A stretch of DNA of 64,000 nt from the NCBI GenBank assembly GCA_965205505.1, contig CBDBHB010000009.1, positions 2,848,001-2,912,000 of the forward strand. Direction: 5' to 3'. Each line of letters opens with the position of its first letter. Position 1 is the stretch's first letter. Positions 27,478 through 36,540 of the stretch are shown piece by piece. The notes below the pieces were generated by a model, which was not told where the DNA came from, did not search any database, and worked only from the letters and a program-made list of their open reading frames with translations. The position numbers and the translations under genes are program-made. This DNA comes from Acidobacteriota bacterium (GTDB lineage: Bacteria > Acidobacteriota > UBA890 > WLXD01).

Positions 27478-29244
27478 ATGGCGCAACGGCGGAGTACCTG
27501 GACATGGGTGATCCTGGGGTTCCTGTTGTTGGTATTGCTGTTCTGGTGGGCGACCCAGTTTCTCAATCGCGCCGTCCTCGGACAGCGGGGGAGTCTAGGC
27601 ACAGACAATGTGCTAGAGGTCAGTCTGGTGGGGCAGGTCGTGGAACGACCAGCTTACCTCTGGGGCAGCCGCTCGATCGGTCCGCTGTCGGTTCGAGAGA
27701 TCGATAACGCGCTGCGGCGAGCGGCCGATGACCCGCGCGTCTCCGCCGCCGTGTTGCGCGTCGGTCCGATGCTCGGCGGCTTCGCGAAAGCGCAAGAGAT
27801 TCGTTCTGCTGTGCACGCGTTCCGCGACTCAGGCAAGCCGGTGGTGGCGATGCTCGAGCTCGGCACGCTGATCGATCTGTACGTCGCTTCAGCTGCGGAC
27901 ACGCTGGTTCAGGTGCCGACCGGTAGCTTCGTGCTGGGACTGGCCGCCCGCACGCAGTACTACCGAGAGTTGCTCGACAAGCTCGGGATAGAGTTCGAGA
28001 CGTTCGCCACCGGGCCCTATAAGTCGGCGATGAACCCGTACACGAAGACCGGCATGAGCGACGAAGAGCGGGAGGTGTTGGAGAGCCTGCTCGATAGCAT
28101 CTATGGCCAGATCCTCGACGGCATCGCCGAGGATCGGGATCTCGACCGGGGAACAGTGCAGGCGGCGGTCGACCGCGGCATCCTCCCGGCAGCTGCGGCT
28201 CGGGAGCTGGGCCTCGTCGACGAGCTGGGCTTCCACGACAGCCTCGCCGATGTCCTTGCGGGTGGCGACGCTCAACGCGTCAGCGTTCGCGATTACTGGG
28301 AGCTTGCCGGACCCAGCGGATGGAGCCTGGGGCGTCCGGCCATCGCTCTGGTTCACGTCGACGGGCTGATCCTGCCAGGCGACGTCACCAACGATCCGTT
28401 CGGTGGTGCGGTTGCCGGTGGCGATACGATCGCCCGGGCCATCCGGAGGGCGCGTCAAAGCGCTAGCGTGCGCGCGATCGTCGTGCGAGTTGACAGTCCG
28501 GGAGGGGCGGTCACGGCGTCGGATGTGATCTGGCGCGAAGCAGCGCTGGCGGCGGAGTCCATGCCGGTTATCGTGAGCATGTCCGACGTCGCCGCGTCGG
28601 GCGGGTATTGGATTGCCACTGCCGGAACTCGCGTCCTTGCCGACGGTGCTACCTATACCGGCTCGATCGGCGTGACCATGGGTCGTTACAACCTGGCTGG
28701 CGCCTACGCCAAGCTCGGCATCGCCAATGATGCCGTCACGCGTGGTGCTAACGCTGGCCTTTTTCTCGACTCGCGGAGGCTGTCGTCGTCAGAGCGCGAG
28801 GTTATCGAGGCTTCCATCGCGGAGACCTACAACACCTTCCTCGAGAAAGTGGCTGACGCCCGCGATCTGAGCTTGGCCGAGGTTGAACGGCTGGCCGCTG
28901 GGCGAGTATGGACCGGCCAGCAGGCTCTCGAAGTGGGCCTGGTCGACGAGATCGGCGGACTGCGCGCAGCCCTCAGCGCCGCCCGGCGCGCTGCAGGCAT
29001 CGATGCTCGCACCGAGGTGGATGTGCAGGTATATCCGCGACAACGCACCATGTTCGAGCAGATCGGCGGTCTTCTGACCGGCGCTGGCGCGGCGGCGGCT
29101 CCCGTTTGGACGGTCGACGAACTCTCGATCGTCATCCCAGATCCCGCAGCCCTGGCCCGCCGAATGGCGTTGCTGCGCTTGATGAGCTCGGGCAGCGCGC
29201 GGTGGGCGCTGATCGACGGACCCGTCCCAACTCCGGTTCACTGA
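27478..29244 (+). CDS. sppA: Signal peptide peptidase SppA (67K type)
   Basis: GPYKSA, RVDSPGG, AASGGYW, TGSIGV, GRVWTG. Confidence 0.92.
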   Translation: MAQRRSTWTWVILGFLLLVLLFWWATQFLNRAVLGQRGSLGTDNVLEVSLVGQVVERPAYLWGSRSIGPLSVREIDNALRRAADDPRVSAAVLRVGPMLGGFAKAQEIRSAVHAFRDSGKPVVAMLELGTLIDLYVASAADTLVQVPTGSFVLGLAARTQYYRELLDKLGIEFETFATGPYKSAMNPYTKTGMSDEEREVLESLLDSIYGQILDGIAEDRDLDRGTVQAAVDRGILPAAAARELGLVDELGFHDSLADVLAGGDAQRVSVRDYWELAGPSGWSLGRPAIALVHVDGLILPGDVTNDPFGGAVAGGDTIARAIRRARQSASVRAIVVRVDSPGGAVTASDVIWREAALAAESMPVIVSMSDVAASGGYWIATAGTRVLADGATYTGSIGVTMGRYNLAGAYAKLGIANDAVTRGANAGLFLDSRRLSSSEREVIEASIAETYNTFLEKVADARDLSLAEVERLAAGRVWTGQQALEVGLVDEIGGLRAALSAARRAAGIDARTEVDVQVYPRQRTMFEQIGGLLTGAGAAAAPVWTVDELSIVIPDPAALARRMALLRLMSSGSARWALIDGPVPTPVH

Positions 29245-29248
29245 CGCG

Positions 29249-31354
29249 GTGGCGCGGAAGTTTGTAATCCCACGCCGTGCCGGCCCTGAGCTCGATGTGG
29301 ACTTCGAGGGCGACCTCAACGAGCAGCAATACAACGCCGTAAGCAGTGGCGACGGTGGGAAGCTGGTAATCGCCGGCGCCGGCACGGGCAAGACGCGTAC
29401 GCTGACCTATCGCGTCGCCTGGCTGCTTGCTCGCGGCGTGCCCGCCGATGCGATCCTTCTCGTCACGTTCACCAACAAGGCGGCACGCGAAATGGTGGGC
29501 CGGGTCCGCGAGTTGACAAGCGTGGAGACCGACCGTCTATGGGGCGGGACATTCCACTCCGTGGGAGCAAAGGTCTTGCGGCGGCACGGGGCATTGCTCG
29601 GCTTCACCGACTCGTTCTCCATCCTCGATGAGGGTGACCAGCGCGATCTCATCCGACTGTGCATCACAGACGTCGGTGTGGAAGTCGAGCGGCGACGTTT
29701 TCCATCTCCGAAGGTGCTGGGATCGCTGATTTCGCTGCACGTCAACTCGCGCACGGAGCTGTCCGATCTGTTGGCAGAGCGTTTTCCGCGCTTCTTTGAC
29801 TGGGAAGAGCAGATCACAGCGGTCTCTCGAAGGTACGCAGAGCGCAAGCTGGCAGCAAACGCGATGGATTATGACGACCTGCTGGTGATGTGGCTGCGCC
29901 TACTCCGTGAGGTGCCAGAGGTGCGCCGCCGCTACGGTCAGCAGCTGCGATACGTGCTCGTCGACGAGTACCAGGACACCAACCTGATTCAGGGCGAGCT
30001 TGTAGAGACGCTGGCGCGTGAGAACGGCGGCAACCTGATGGTCGTGGGCGACGATTGCCAGAGCATCTACTCCTTCCGCGGTGCTCACTACGACAACATC
30101 CTCGGCTTTGCGGAACGTCATCCGAACGCCGAGGTCTTCAAGCTGGAGATCAACTACCGCTCGACTCCGGAGATCCTGCGGCTGACCAACGCGAGCATCG
30201 GCTTCAACACCGGCCAATATCAGAAGGAGCTACGGGCACGACGCCAGTCAGGGCAACTACCCGCCGTGGTGCCGTGCAACTATGCCGAGCAGGAGGGCGC
30301 CTTCGTGGCGGAACGCATCCTGCAGCTGCGCGACGAGGGGACGCCCCTGAACGGCATCGCGGTGCTGTATCGAGCGCATTCGCACCGGCTCTCTGTCGAG
30401 ACCACACTGCTCCGCTACGACATCCCTTATGACGTTCGTGGCGGCGTGCGCTTTTTTGAGCAGGCGCATGTGAAGGACGTCACGGCGCATCTGCGGCTGG
30501 TCGACAACCCACGCGACGAGATCGCGTTTCGGCGTGCCCTCATGCTTCAAAGAGGAATCGGCAACGTCACCGCCCGCCGCTTGTGGGAGGCGCTGACAAC
30601 GGCGAGCTCGGCCGACGAGCTGATTGTCCAGCTCTGTTCGGAACGCATTGGTCGTCTGCTGCCACGACGTGCCCACGACGCCTGGGACGCCTTTGTTGCG
30701 CGACTGCAGACGGTGGCCGCGTACCCAGCCGAGCCAGAGGCGGCTATCCGTGCCGTGATCGAGGGCGGCTACGACGAGTTCGCGGCCACCCAGTTCACCA
30801 ACTACGAGTCGCGAGTCGAGGACCTCGAGCAGCTGGCCCTGTTCGCAGCGCAGTATGAGTCGATCGGCGCGTTCCTGGAGGAGCTGGTCCTGCTCGGGGA
30901 GCTTTACGGACAAGATGTGCGCAGCGGCGGCGAACCGACCGAGGCGCGGGTGGTGTTGTCGACCGTCCATCAAGCCAAGGGGCTCGAGTGGTGTGTGGTG
31001 TTCGCCATTCACCTGGTCGAGGGTGCGCTACCGAGCCCGCGATCGCTGGACGAAGCGGGCGGGGAAGAGGAGGAGCGTCGGATCTTCTACGTCGCCATGA
31101 CGCGAGCCCGCGACGAGCTATATCTGAGCTATCCGATCGTGCGGCCGGGCGGAACGGGCGGTGCGTTGCTGCAGCAGCCTTCGCGGTTCCTTCAGGAGTT
31201 GCCGCGTGAGCTACTGGAACCATGGGAGCTGTTCGAGGCAGACAGCACCAGGCAGATCGCGCCCAATACTCCAGACTCCGTGGCCAAGACGGTCAGCGAC
31301 GAGTACGACCCCAACGTCGACCCGCTGTGGGACGACGAAGACTACCCCCAATGA
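29249..31354 (+). CDS. UvrD/PcrA family helicase
   Basis: AGAGTGKT, TFTNKAA, DEYQD, VGDDCQSIYSFRG, NYRS, STVHQAKGLEW, EERRIFYVAMTRA. Confidence 0.95.
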   Translation: MARKFVIPRRAGPELDVDFEGDLNEQQYNAVSSGDGGKLVIAGAGTGKTRTLTYRVAWLLARGVPADAILLVTFTNKAAREMVGRVRELTSVETDRLWGGTFHSVGAKVLRRHGALLGFTDSFSILDEGDQRDLIRLCITDVGVEVERRRFPSPKVLGSLISLHVNSRTELSDLLAERFPRFFDWEEQITAVSRRYAERKLAANAMDYDDLLVMWLRLLREVPEVRRRYGQQLRYVLVDEYQDTNLIQGELVETLARENGGNLMVVGDDCQSIYSFRGAHYDNILGFAERHPNAEVFKLEINYRSTPEILRLTNASIGFNTGQYQKELRARRQSGQLPAVVPCNYAEQEGAFVAERILQLRDEGTPLNGIAVLYRAHSHRLSVETTLLRYDIPYDVRGGVRFFEQAHVKDVTAHLRLVDNPRDEIAFRRALMLQRGIGNVTARRLWEALTTASSADELIVQLCSERIGRLLPRRAHDAWDAFVARLQTVAAYPAEPEAAIRAVIEGGYDEFAATQFTNYESRVEDLEQLALFAAQYESIGAFLEELVLLGELYGQDVRSGGEPTEARVVLSTVHQAKGLEWCVVFAIHLVEGALPSPRSLDEAGGEEEERRIFYVAMTRARDELYLSYPIVRPGGTGGALLQQPSRFLQELPRELLEPWELFEADSTRQIAPNTPDSVAKTVSDEYDPNVDPLWDDEDYPQ

Positions 31355-31427
31355 GTCGAGCTTGGGTTGCGCGCAAGGTCCCCGCGGTACTTTGACCCTC
31401 GGGCAGCGACCATGCTAGCTTCGACTC

Positions 31428-31874
31428 ATGGGGTTGGGCAGTTGGTTCTCTGTTGCTCGGGGCCGGGCGGCTCGGCGAGCGCCGACAAGCGTGGCACGCT
31501 CGTCGAGGACGTGTCTCGCAGGCGTGTTGGTGCTCGGCGTACTTCTAGCGCCCCTGGTTGGATCGGTCCTGGCGGCACAGGATCTTCGCCTGGGTGAGCA
31601 CGAATTCGATTGGAGTGCGGTCGAGCAAGAGCGGGCTCACTTCCGTTGGTCTGCCGAGGTCATCAACGACACGACCCGCGCGTTCGACGTCGAGGTGGCG
31701 ATCGATTTACTCGACGACGACGACGGCGTGCTGCACACCGACAGCGGAACAGTGACGGTGGTGGCGGGCGAGGTCGTAACCGTTGACCATGAGGGTTCGA
31801 TGCCCTTCGATGGCGCCGCCGACGTGGTGTCGTTTCGGTTTCGACTGCTGCCGAGCCCGCCTGCGTCTCGCTGA
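31428..31874 (+). CDS. Small secreted hypothetical protein (Ig-like/FxLYD-like)
   Basis: hydrophobic signal region then beta-rich domain with IDLLD.D; start uncertain. Confidence 0.55.
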   Translation: MGLGSWFSVARGRAARRAPTSVARSSRTCLAGVLVLGVLLAPLVGSVLAAQDLRLGEHEFDWSAVEQERAHFRWSAEVINDTTRAFDVEVAIDLLDDDDGVLHTDSGTVTVVAGEVVTVDHEGSMPFDGAADVVSFRFRLLPSPPASR

Positions 31875-32038
31875 CCGACGTAACAAAACGCGAAATTCGA
31901 CCTCGTATGACCTCGAACCGTCGCCAGAGCCATGAGTCGGCTGGCGGCCGCTGGCGCTTCTTGCTATAAACGCGCCTCTATGTCGGCACGTCGTTCATCT
32001 CGTCTTTCTGGCCGTTCTGCTCCCGGATCCACCGCCCG

Positions 32039-33127
32039 ATGAGGAATGCAAGCGAGGTACGTTCCTACTTCCTGGGCAACTGGCGAGAGGTCGTCCCCGA
32101 AATTCTGGTAACCGGCGTGCGCGTCGGGACCGCGCCCGACGACCAAAGCATGATCGAGGTGGAGCTTCTCGGTCAGGCCGGTGCGATCCGCAGACTTCTG
32201 TACCTCCCGCTGGCCTCGGGCGAGCCTCGTCAGCTGCGCGGATTGTTGCCCCGACTGCGTCGAATCGCCGCCAAGCCGGGCACCGGGGCCGGGCTCATCG
32301 TGCCGCATATGGGGGCGGCCGGCGCGCGTCTGTGTCGAGAAGCGGGCATCGGGTATCTCGATTGCTCCGGTAACGCGTATTTGCGGTTCAACAACGTCTT
32401 CGTACAGATCATTGGCAACCGGAATCGCTTCACGCAGCGTAAGCAGATCCGCACGTTGTTTCACGACAAGGCCACGATCCCGCTCCGCATCATGATGCAG
32501 CGGCCGGGTGATTGGCTCACCACACGCGAGATTGCTGAACATGGTGATCTGAGCCTCGGCTGGGTTTCGCAGATCCTCCAGCAGATGGCCGCGGATGGCT
32601 ACATCGAGCGCCAGCGTGGTGGCGGCTCGAGGCTAGTACGGCCGCAGCGGTTGCTGACCGACTGGCTCGCCGAGTACGCCTTCGAGACGAACGAGGTGTT
32701 TCCCTACCAGTTGCGTGACAAGGATCCCGAGGCTGCGCTGCACCGTCTCCGGACGGTAGACGCAGACCTGTCGGATCGCTACGCCCTGACGCTCGAGTCG
32801 GCCGTACATGCCCTGCAGTTGAAGCCACACCAGCGGCGACTGCCCTTCGAACTACACGTGTACGTTCCCGATCTCAACGAAGACCTGGAGAAGACGCTGG
32901 ACTCCTGGCGTCGGGTGCTGGGTCTTCGCCCGGCCGGTCATGGTGCCAACTGTTTTCTCGTAAAGCCGGCGTATCGGCATGCCGTGTTCTTCGACACACA
33001 GGCAAGCCAGGGTCTGCGGACCGTCTCGGATCTTCAGCTATACCTCGACCTGTATCATTCGCCAGGAGAGGGTCGCGTGCACGCCGATAACTCGGTGGCG
33101 TCGCGACTGCCCTTCGAGGTGGGCTGA
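32039..33127 (+). CDS. AbiEi-like (type IV toxin-antitoxin antitoxin) wHTH protein
   Basis: GIGYLDCSGN, HTH TREIAE..LSLGWVS, LLTDW, YALT, VSDLQLYLDL...GRV..A. Confidence 0.72.
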   Translation: MRNASEVRSYFLGNWREVVPEILVTGVRVGTAPDDQSMIEVELLGQAGAIRRLLYLPLASGEPRQLRGLLPRLRRIAAKPGTGAGLIVPHMGAAGARLCREAGIGYLDCSGNAYLRFNNVFVQIIGNRNRFTQRKQIRTLFHDKATIPLRIMMQRPGDWLTTREIAEHGDLSLGWVSQILQQMAADGYIERQRGGGSRLVRPQRLLTDWLAEYAFETNEVFPYQLRDKDPEAALHRLRTVDADLSDRYALTLESAVHALQLKPHQRRLPFELHVYVPDLNEDLEKTLDSWRRVLGLRPAGHGANCFLVKPAYRHAVFFDTQASQGLRTVSDLQLYLDLYHSPGEGRVHADNSVASRLPFEVG

Positions 33128-33159
33128 GGCCTTTCTGGTGTCACGAACGGCACCTTGAC

Positions 33160-33362
33160 CACGACCTGCTGGGGCATCGTCGACGAGGCGCAACGCCGAT
33201 ATCGCCCGCAACTGCCCGTCTGTCCGCAGGATGGCGGCGAAATCGGCCCGTCTGCGGCGTTGCTCCTCCTCTAAGATGGGCAAACATCGTCTCGTCGTCG
33301 CGCCTGGCATCCGGACCCATTTCGCCACCACGATATGCAACGATCATCTGTTACAGGCCACT
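33160..33362. repeat. 203-bp near-identical copy of 9118-9320 (right half of nested MITE)
   Basis: direct repeat from cacgacctgctggggcatc to ctgttacaggccact with a few substitutions. Confidence 0.92.
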
Positions 33363-33412
33363 TCTATGAGAAGGCGTAGTTCGGTCAAGGGCAATGTGGT
33401 GCCCAGCGAAGA

Positions 33413-33575
33413 ATCGATCTGCACGCCATGCTCCTATTCGCACTCTGGTGGACGAGGATTCAGGTCGTCCGGTGCATTCTGGGGTCCGTCCCGATTCGAG
33501 GCGCTGCAATCTAGCTGCCGAGCTCGAAGCTCGTAGTGACCTTCGCAGTCGCCCGGACCGGGCGGTCAGATCGAT
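33413..33575 (-). ncRNA. Predicted bridge/seek RNA of the IS1111 element
   Basis: 9-bp closing stem ATCGATCTG/CAGATCGAT; internal loop with AGGUCACUA and GCAGCUAG matching the target; AUAGGAG resembling the element end ATAGAAG. Confidence 0.72.
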
Positions 33576-33622
33576 AACCGTTGGGTCGCGTCGCCCTACC
33601 GACCTCCTGGTTGCGGGTTAGT

Positions 33623-34668
33623 TCATGCTGCTGAAACCTCTACAGGTGCGCGCAACGGTTCGTACTCGTCTCCACTCAGCCACAGTCGGTGCAGCACAAC
33701 GGCGAGCTTACGGGCGACAGCAACTGCTGCCTTTTTGTTGCCATGAGGACCACCGCGTCCGGCCAGCTTGAGCCCCCAGCGTCTGAGCTCAGTATCGGGC
33801 CCGAAGGGGCCCAGGATGTAATGCGCCGAGCCCACCAACAGGCGTCGGAGCATTTTGTCGCCCGCCTTGGTTATTCGTAGCGCAGGGTCCTTGTCCCCCG
33901 ACTGCCGTTTCTTCGGTCTCAGTCCCAGGTACGGGCCCACGGCTCTGGAGGTATTGAACCGCTCCGGCTCCTCGAGCGTCAGCACATACGCCAGTGCGGT
34001 CAGAGCTCCGACCCCGGCCACTTGCTGGAGCTGCTGTGTCTCCGGGTATCGCCCCTGGCACAGCTGCACGATCTGACGCTCGTATTGCTGGATGTTGCCC
34101 GTCAGCATGGCGATCGTTTCAAGCACCGGCTCGAGCGCTCCCTTGAGCCGCTCCGGTATGTGCTCTGGCGCGGTGCGCGCGAACGCCGGCGTCGAGCACC
34201 TGGGAATACGACAACCGGCCGACTTGACCGCACCACGCACATGGCTCACCAACTGCGTGGGCTCTTTACCAGAGCATCTCGGCTCCGAATCACGGCTAGA
34301 TCCGCTCGCGCTTGTCTGCCTCGATGCTGCACCGTCTTAAGCAGCTTTGGGTCCATTCTGCCCACTCGTGCCAGGTGCTCGGCATCCAACCGGTCGGTCT
34401 TGTCGTGCTCGCCATAGATCAGCTTCAGCCGCCTCGGGTTAGCCACCAGCACCTCATGACCCAGTTGCTTCAACTGCTCACTCATCCACGGCGAGTGCGT
34501 TCCAACCTCCAGCACTACTCGAGCGGGCTCCTCGCACCCGAACCGCCTCGCCAGCCCCTCCGGGCTCGTCCTCACCCGCCCTTCCTCCATCACCCTGCCC
34601 TTACTGTCGAGCACGCACATACGGCTGTACCGGTCGCTTACGTCCAGTCCAATCGTTACACTCCTCAT
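33623..34668 (-). pseudogene. IS110 DEDD/Tnp recombinase with one frameshift near 34260
   Basis: IGLDVS, LEVG, KTDRLDA in 34246-34668; GVGALTA, YLGL.P..RQSG, AVARKLA in 33623-34252. Confidence 0.9.
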
Positions 34669-34761
34669 CGGCCAACCTCCTTGGGCTTCGAGCCCGTTAC
34701 GTTTGAAGAAACGTTTGCAGAGCCGTCAGGCTACTGCGTTCAGGAGGTTGGCCTTCTCATC

Positions 34762-35914
34762 TCATCTAGAAGGCGTCCCCAGCGCTGATCCCATGCTCCC
34801 CATTCGTGTGCCGAACAACGAGGGGCTGAAATGCGGTGTGGGGCCTGCATACCATGTCGGCGATTGGCTCAGCATCCCTTCGAACATCTTCGCCCAGTGG
34901 TCGGCGACGCCGAAAGCCATCGCGTACGGAAGGTAGCGCTCGAAGGCGGTCTCGGAAATGCTGAGGGCCTTGAAGCGGTTGGCCTCGGTACGGCCGAGGA
35001 ATTCCTCGAAGCCCTTCAGTGCAACGAAGGTCTCACGCCCCTTCACGGTTCGGGCCGGCATGAACGGCGCGAATACGCCAATGGCCAGCGCCACAAACGG
35101 GGCGGCGAAGGCCATCGCCGGCTTCTGCAGGGAGACGGCGAGCAGGATCATCGGCAACAGCGACACAACCGCTATGGCAATCCAGGTCGTGCGTGCGCGA
35201 TCAGGTCGCGAACGAAACAGACCACGCTTGGTCATGCTCCCGTAAAGCTCGTTCTTGATGCCGCTAATGCGGGTGTAGAAAGGCCCTCGAGCACCGACTT
35301 CTCGTAGGAACGTAGCGCCTCGTCGGGCAGCTTCAACCGCTGGAAGGTGGTCTTCGTGGTATCGCCGAGGTCCATGGCGGTTGGCGGAGGCCTTCAGGAA
35401 GGCTGATCTGCGCCGTTGCCGACAGAATCGGCACCGTCCAACCCATGCCGGTCACATTCCAATAGAGCTGGTCGTGTGACTCGAAGCCCTCTTCCGTGTC
35501 CGGAAATCGCAGCGCCCGACCAACGCGGTAGCGCAGGACGACGGTTCGAGACGCGTTGTTGGCGTCTGGAACCCAAACTTTGAAGCGAAAGTCGTCGCCC
35601 TCGACGCCGGCCTCGTGGCGTAGGGCGGCCCCGGTCGCCGCGGTGACCGACACAGGCTCCAAGCGGAGCCCGTAGTCAAGTCCCCACGGGGTCTCGTACT
35701 TGATCGGAATGTCTCGATAAATACCGTTGAACGAACCCTCGAAATGAAACGTGAGGCGCTCGGTGACATCGATCTCGCCGCTCTCCAGCACGCGGATGTC
35801 GGCTTCGAAAGACTCGACCCAGTATTGTCGCCCCTGAGCCTCCACGGCGCCCGGTGCGATGTACGAGACAAGCACCATGAGGACTACCGCTGAGGCCGCG
35901 CTCCGCCTACTCAT
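34762..35914 (-). pseudogene. DUF2207 membrane protein, internally deleted, frameshifted and 3'-truncated by the IS
   Basis: FNGIYRDIP, LYWNVTG..W, FERYLPYAMAFGV..W in different frames; lies after lemA; Gly-rich C-terminus missing. Confidence 0.82.
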
Positions 35915-36476
35915 CCAGATCCACCCGTACCGCCTGCCGCTCTCGAGGGCTGTCCACTTCGAAAAACTCGCGTGCTGCGAACCCCATGGGCGAAGCCACT
36001 AGCATTGCCGGAAAGCTCGCGATCGCGGTGTTGTGGTCACGAATCACGGCGTTGTAATAGCGTCGCGCCGACTGCAGGTCGTCCTCGATCTCCGAGAGCT
36101 GTCGCTGCAGCGTTCCATACCGTTCGCTGGCCCGGATCTCTGGATAGGCCTCGGCGAGCGCGAACAGGCCACGTAGGGCCCCCACGAGGCCGTTCTCGAT
36201 CTGTGATGCATCAGCGTCAGGAAGGCGTCGTCCCTCGACATGCTGCTGGGCCTCCGTACGCATTCGAGTGACCGCCTCGAGGGTGCCCTTCTCGTGCGCC
36301 GCGTAACCCTTCACGACTTCGACCAGTGAAGGTACGACATCGTGGCGACGTTTGAGCTGGGCGTCGATATCGCCCCAGGCGCCCTCGGCACGTTTCTGCA
36401 GTCCGACGAGGCGGTTGTATAGAATTACCGGCCCGGCTACCAGCAAGGCTACGAGGAGGCCGAACGCCCACAGCAC
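35907..36476 (-). CDS. lemA: LemA family protein
   Basis: YNRLV, W.DIDAQLKRRHD..P.LV..VKGYAAHE, AEAYP, ARRYYN. Confidence 0.93.
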   Translation of the reverse strand: MLWAFGLLVALLVAGPVILYNRLVGLQKRAEGAWGDIDAQLKRRHDVVPSLVEVVKGYAAHEKGTLEAVTRMRTEAQQHVEGRRLPDADASQIENGLVGALRGLFALAEAYPEIRASERYGTLQRQLSEIEDDLQSARRYYNAVIRDHNTAIASFPAMLVASPMGFAAREFFEVDSPRERQAVRVDLDE

Positions 36477-36540
36477 GACTCAGTCCCCTCCGGGTTGCTC
36501 GGCCCAGGCGTGGGATTGGCGCATCGCGAGGGTCCAGTGC

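Larger units (their letters stand above)
33363..34767 (-). mobile_element. IS110 family, IS1111-group insertion sequence
   Basis: sub-terminal IRs atgagaaggc 33366-33375 and gccttctcat 34751-34760, 3 and 7 nt from the ends; CT core on both sides; long 3' non-coding region; outward TTGACC at 33383-33388. Confidence 0.9.

Noticed and set aside
34246-34275. Programmed frameshift in the IS110 gene
   Set aside because: No slippery heptamer, and IS110 recombinases are normally single ORFs; a 1-nt loss or read error is simpler.
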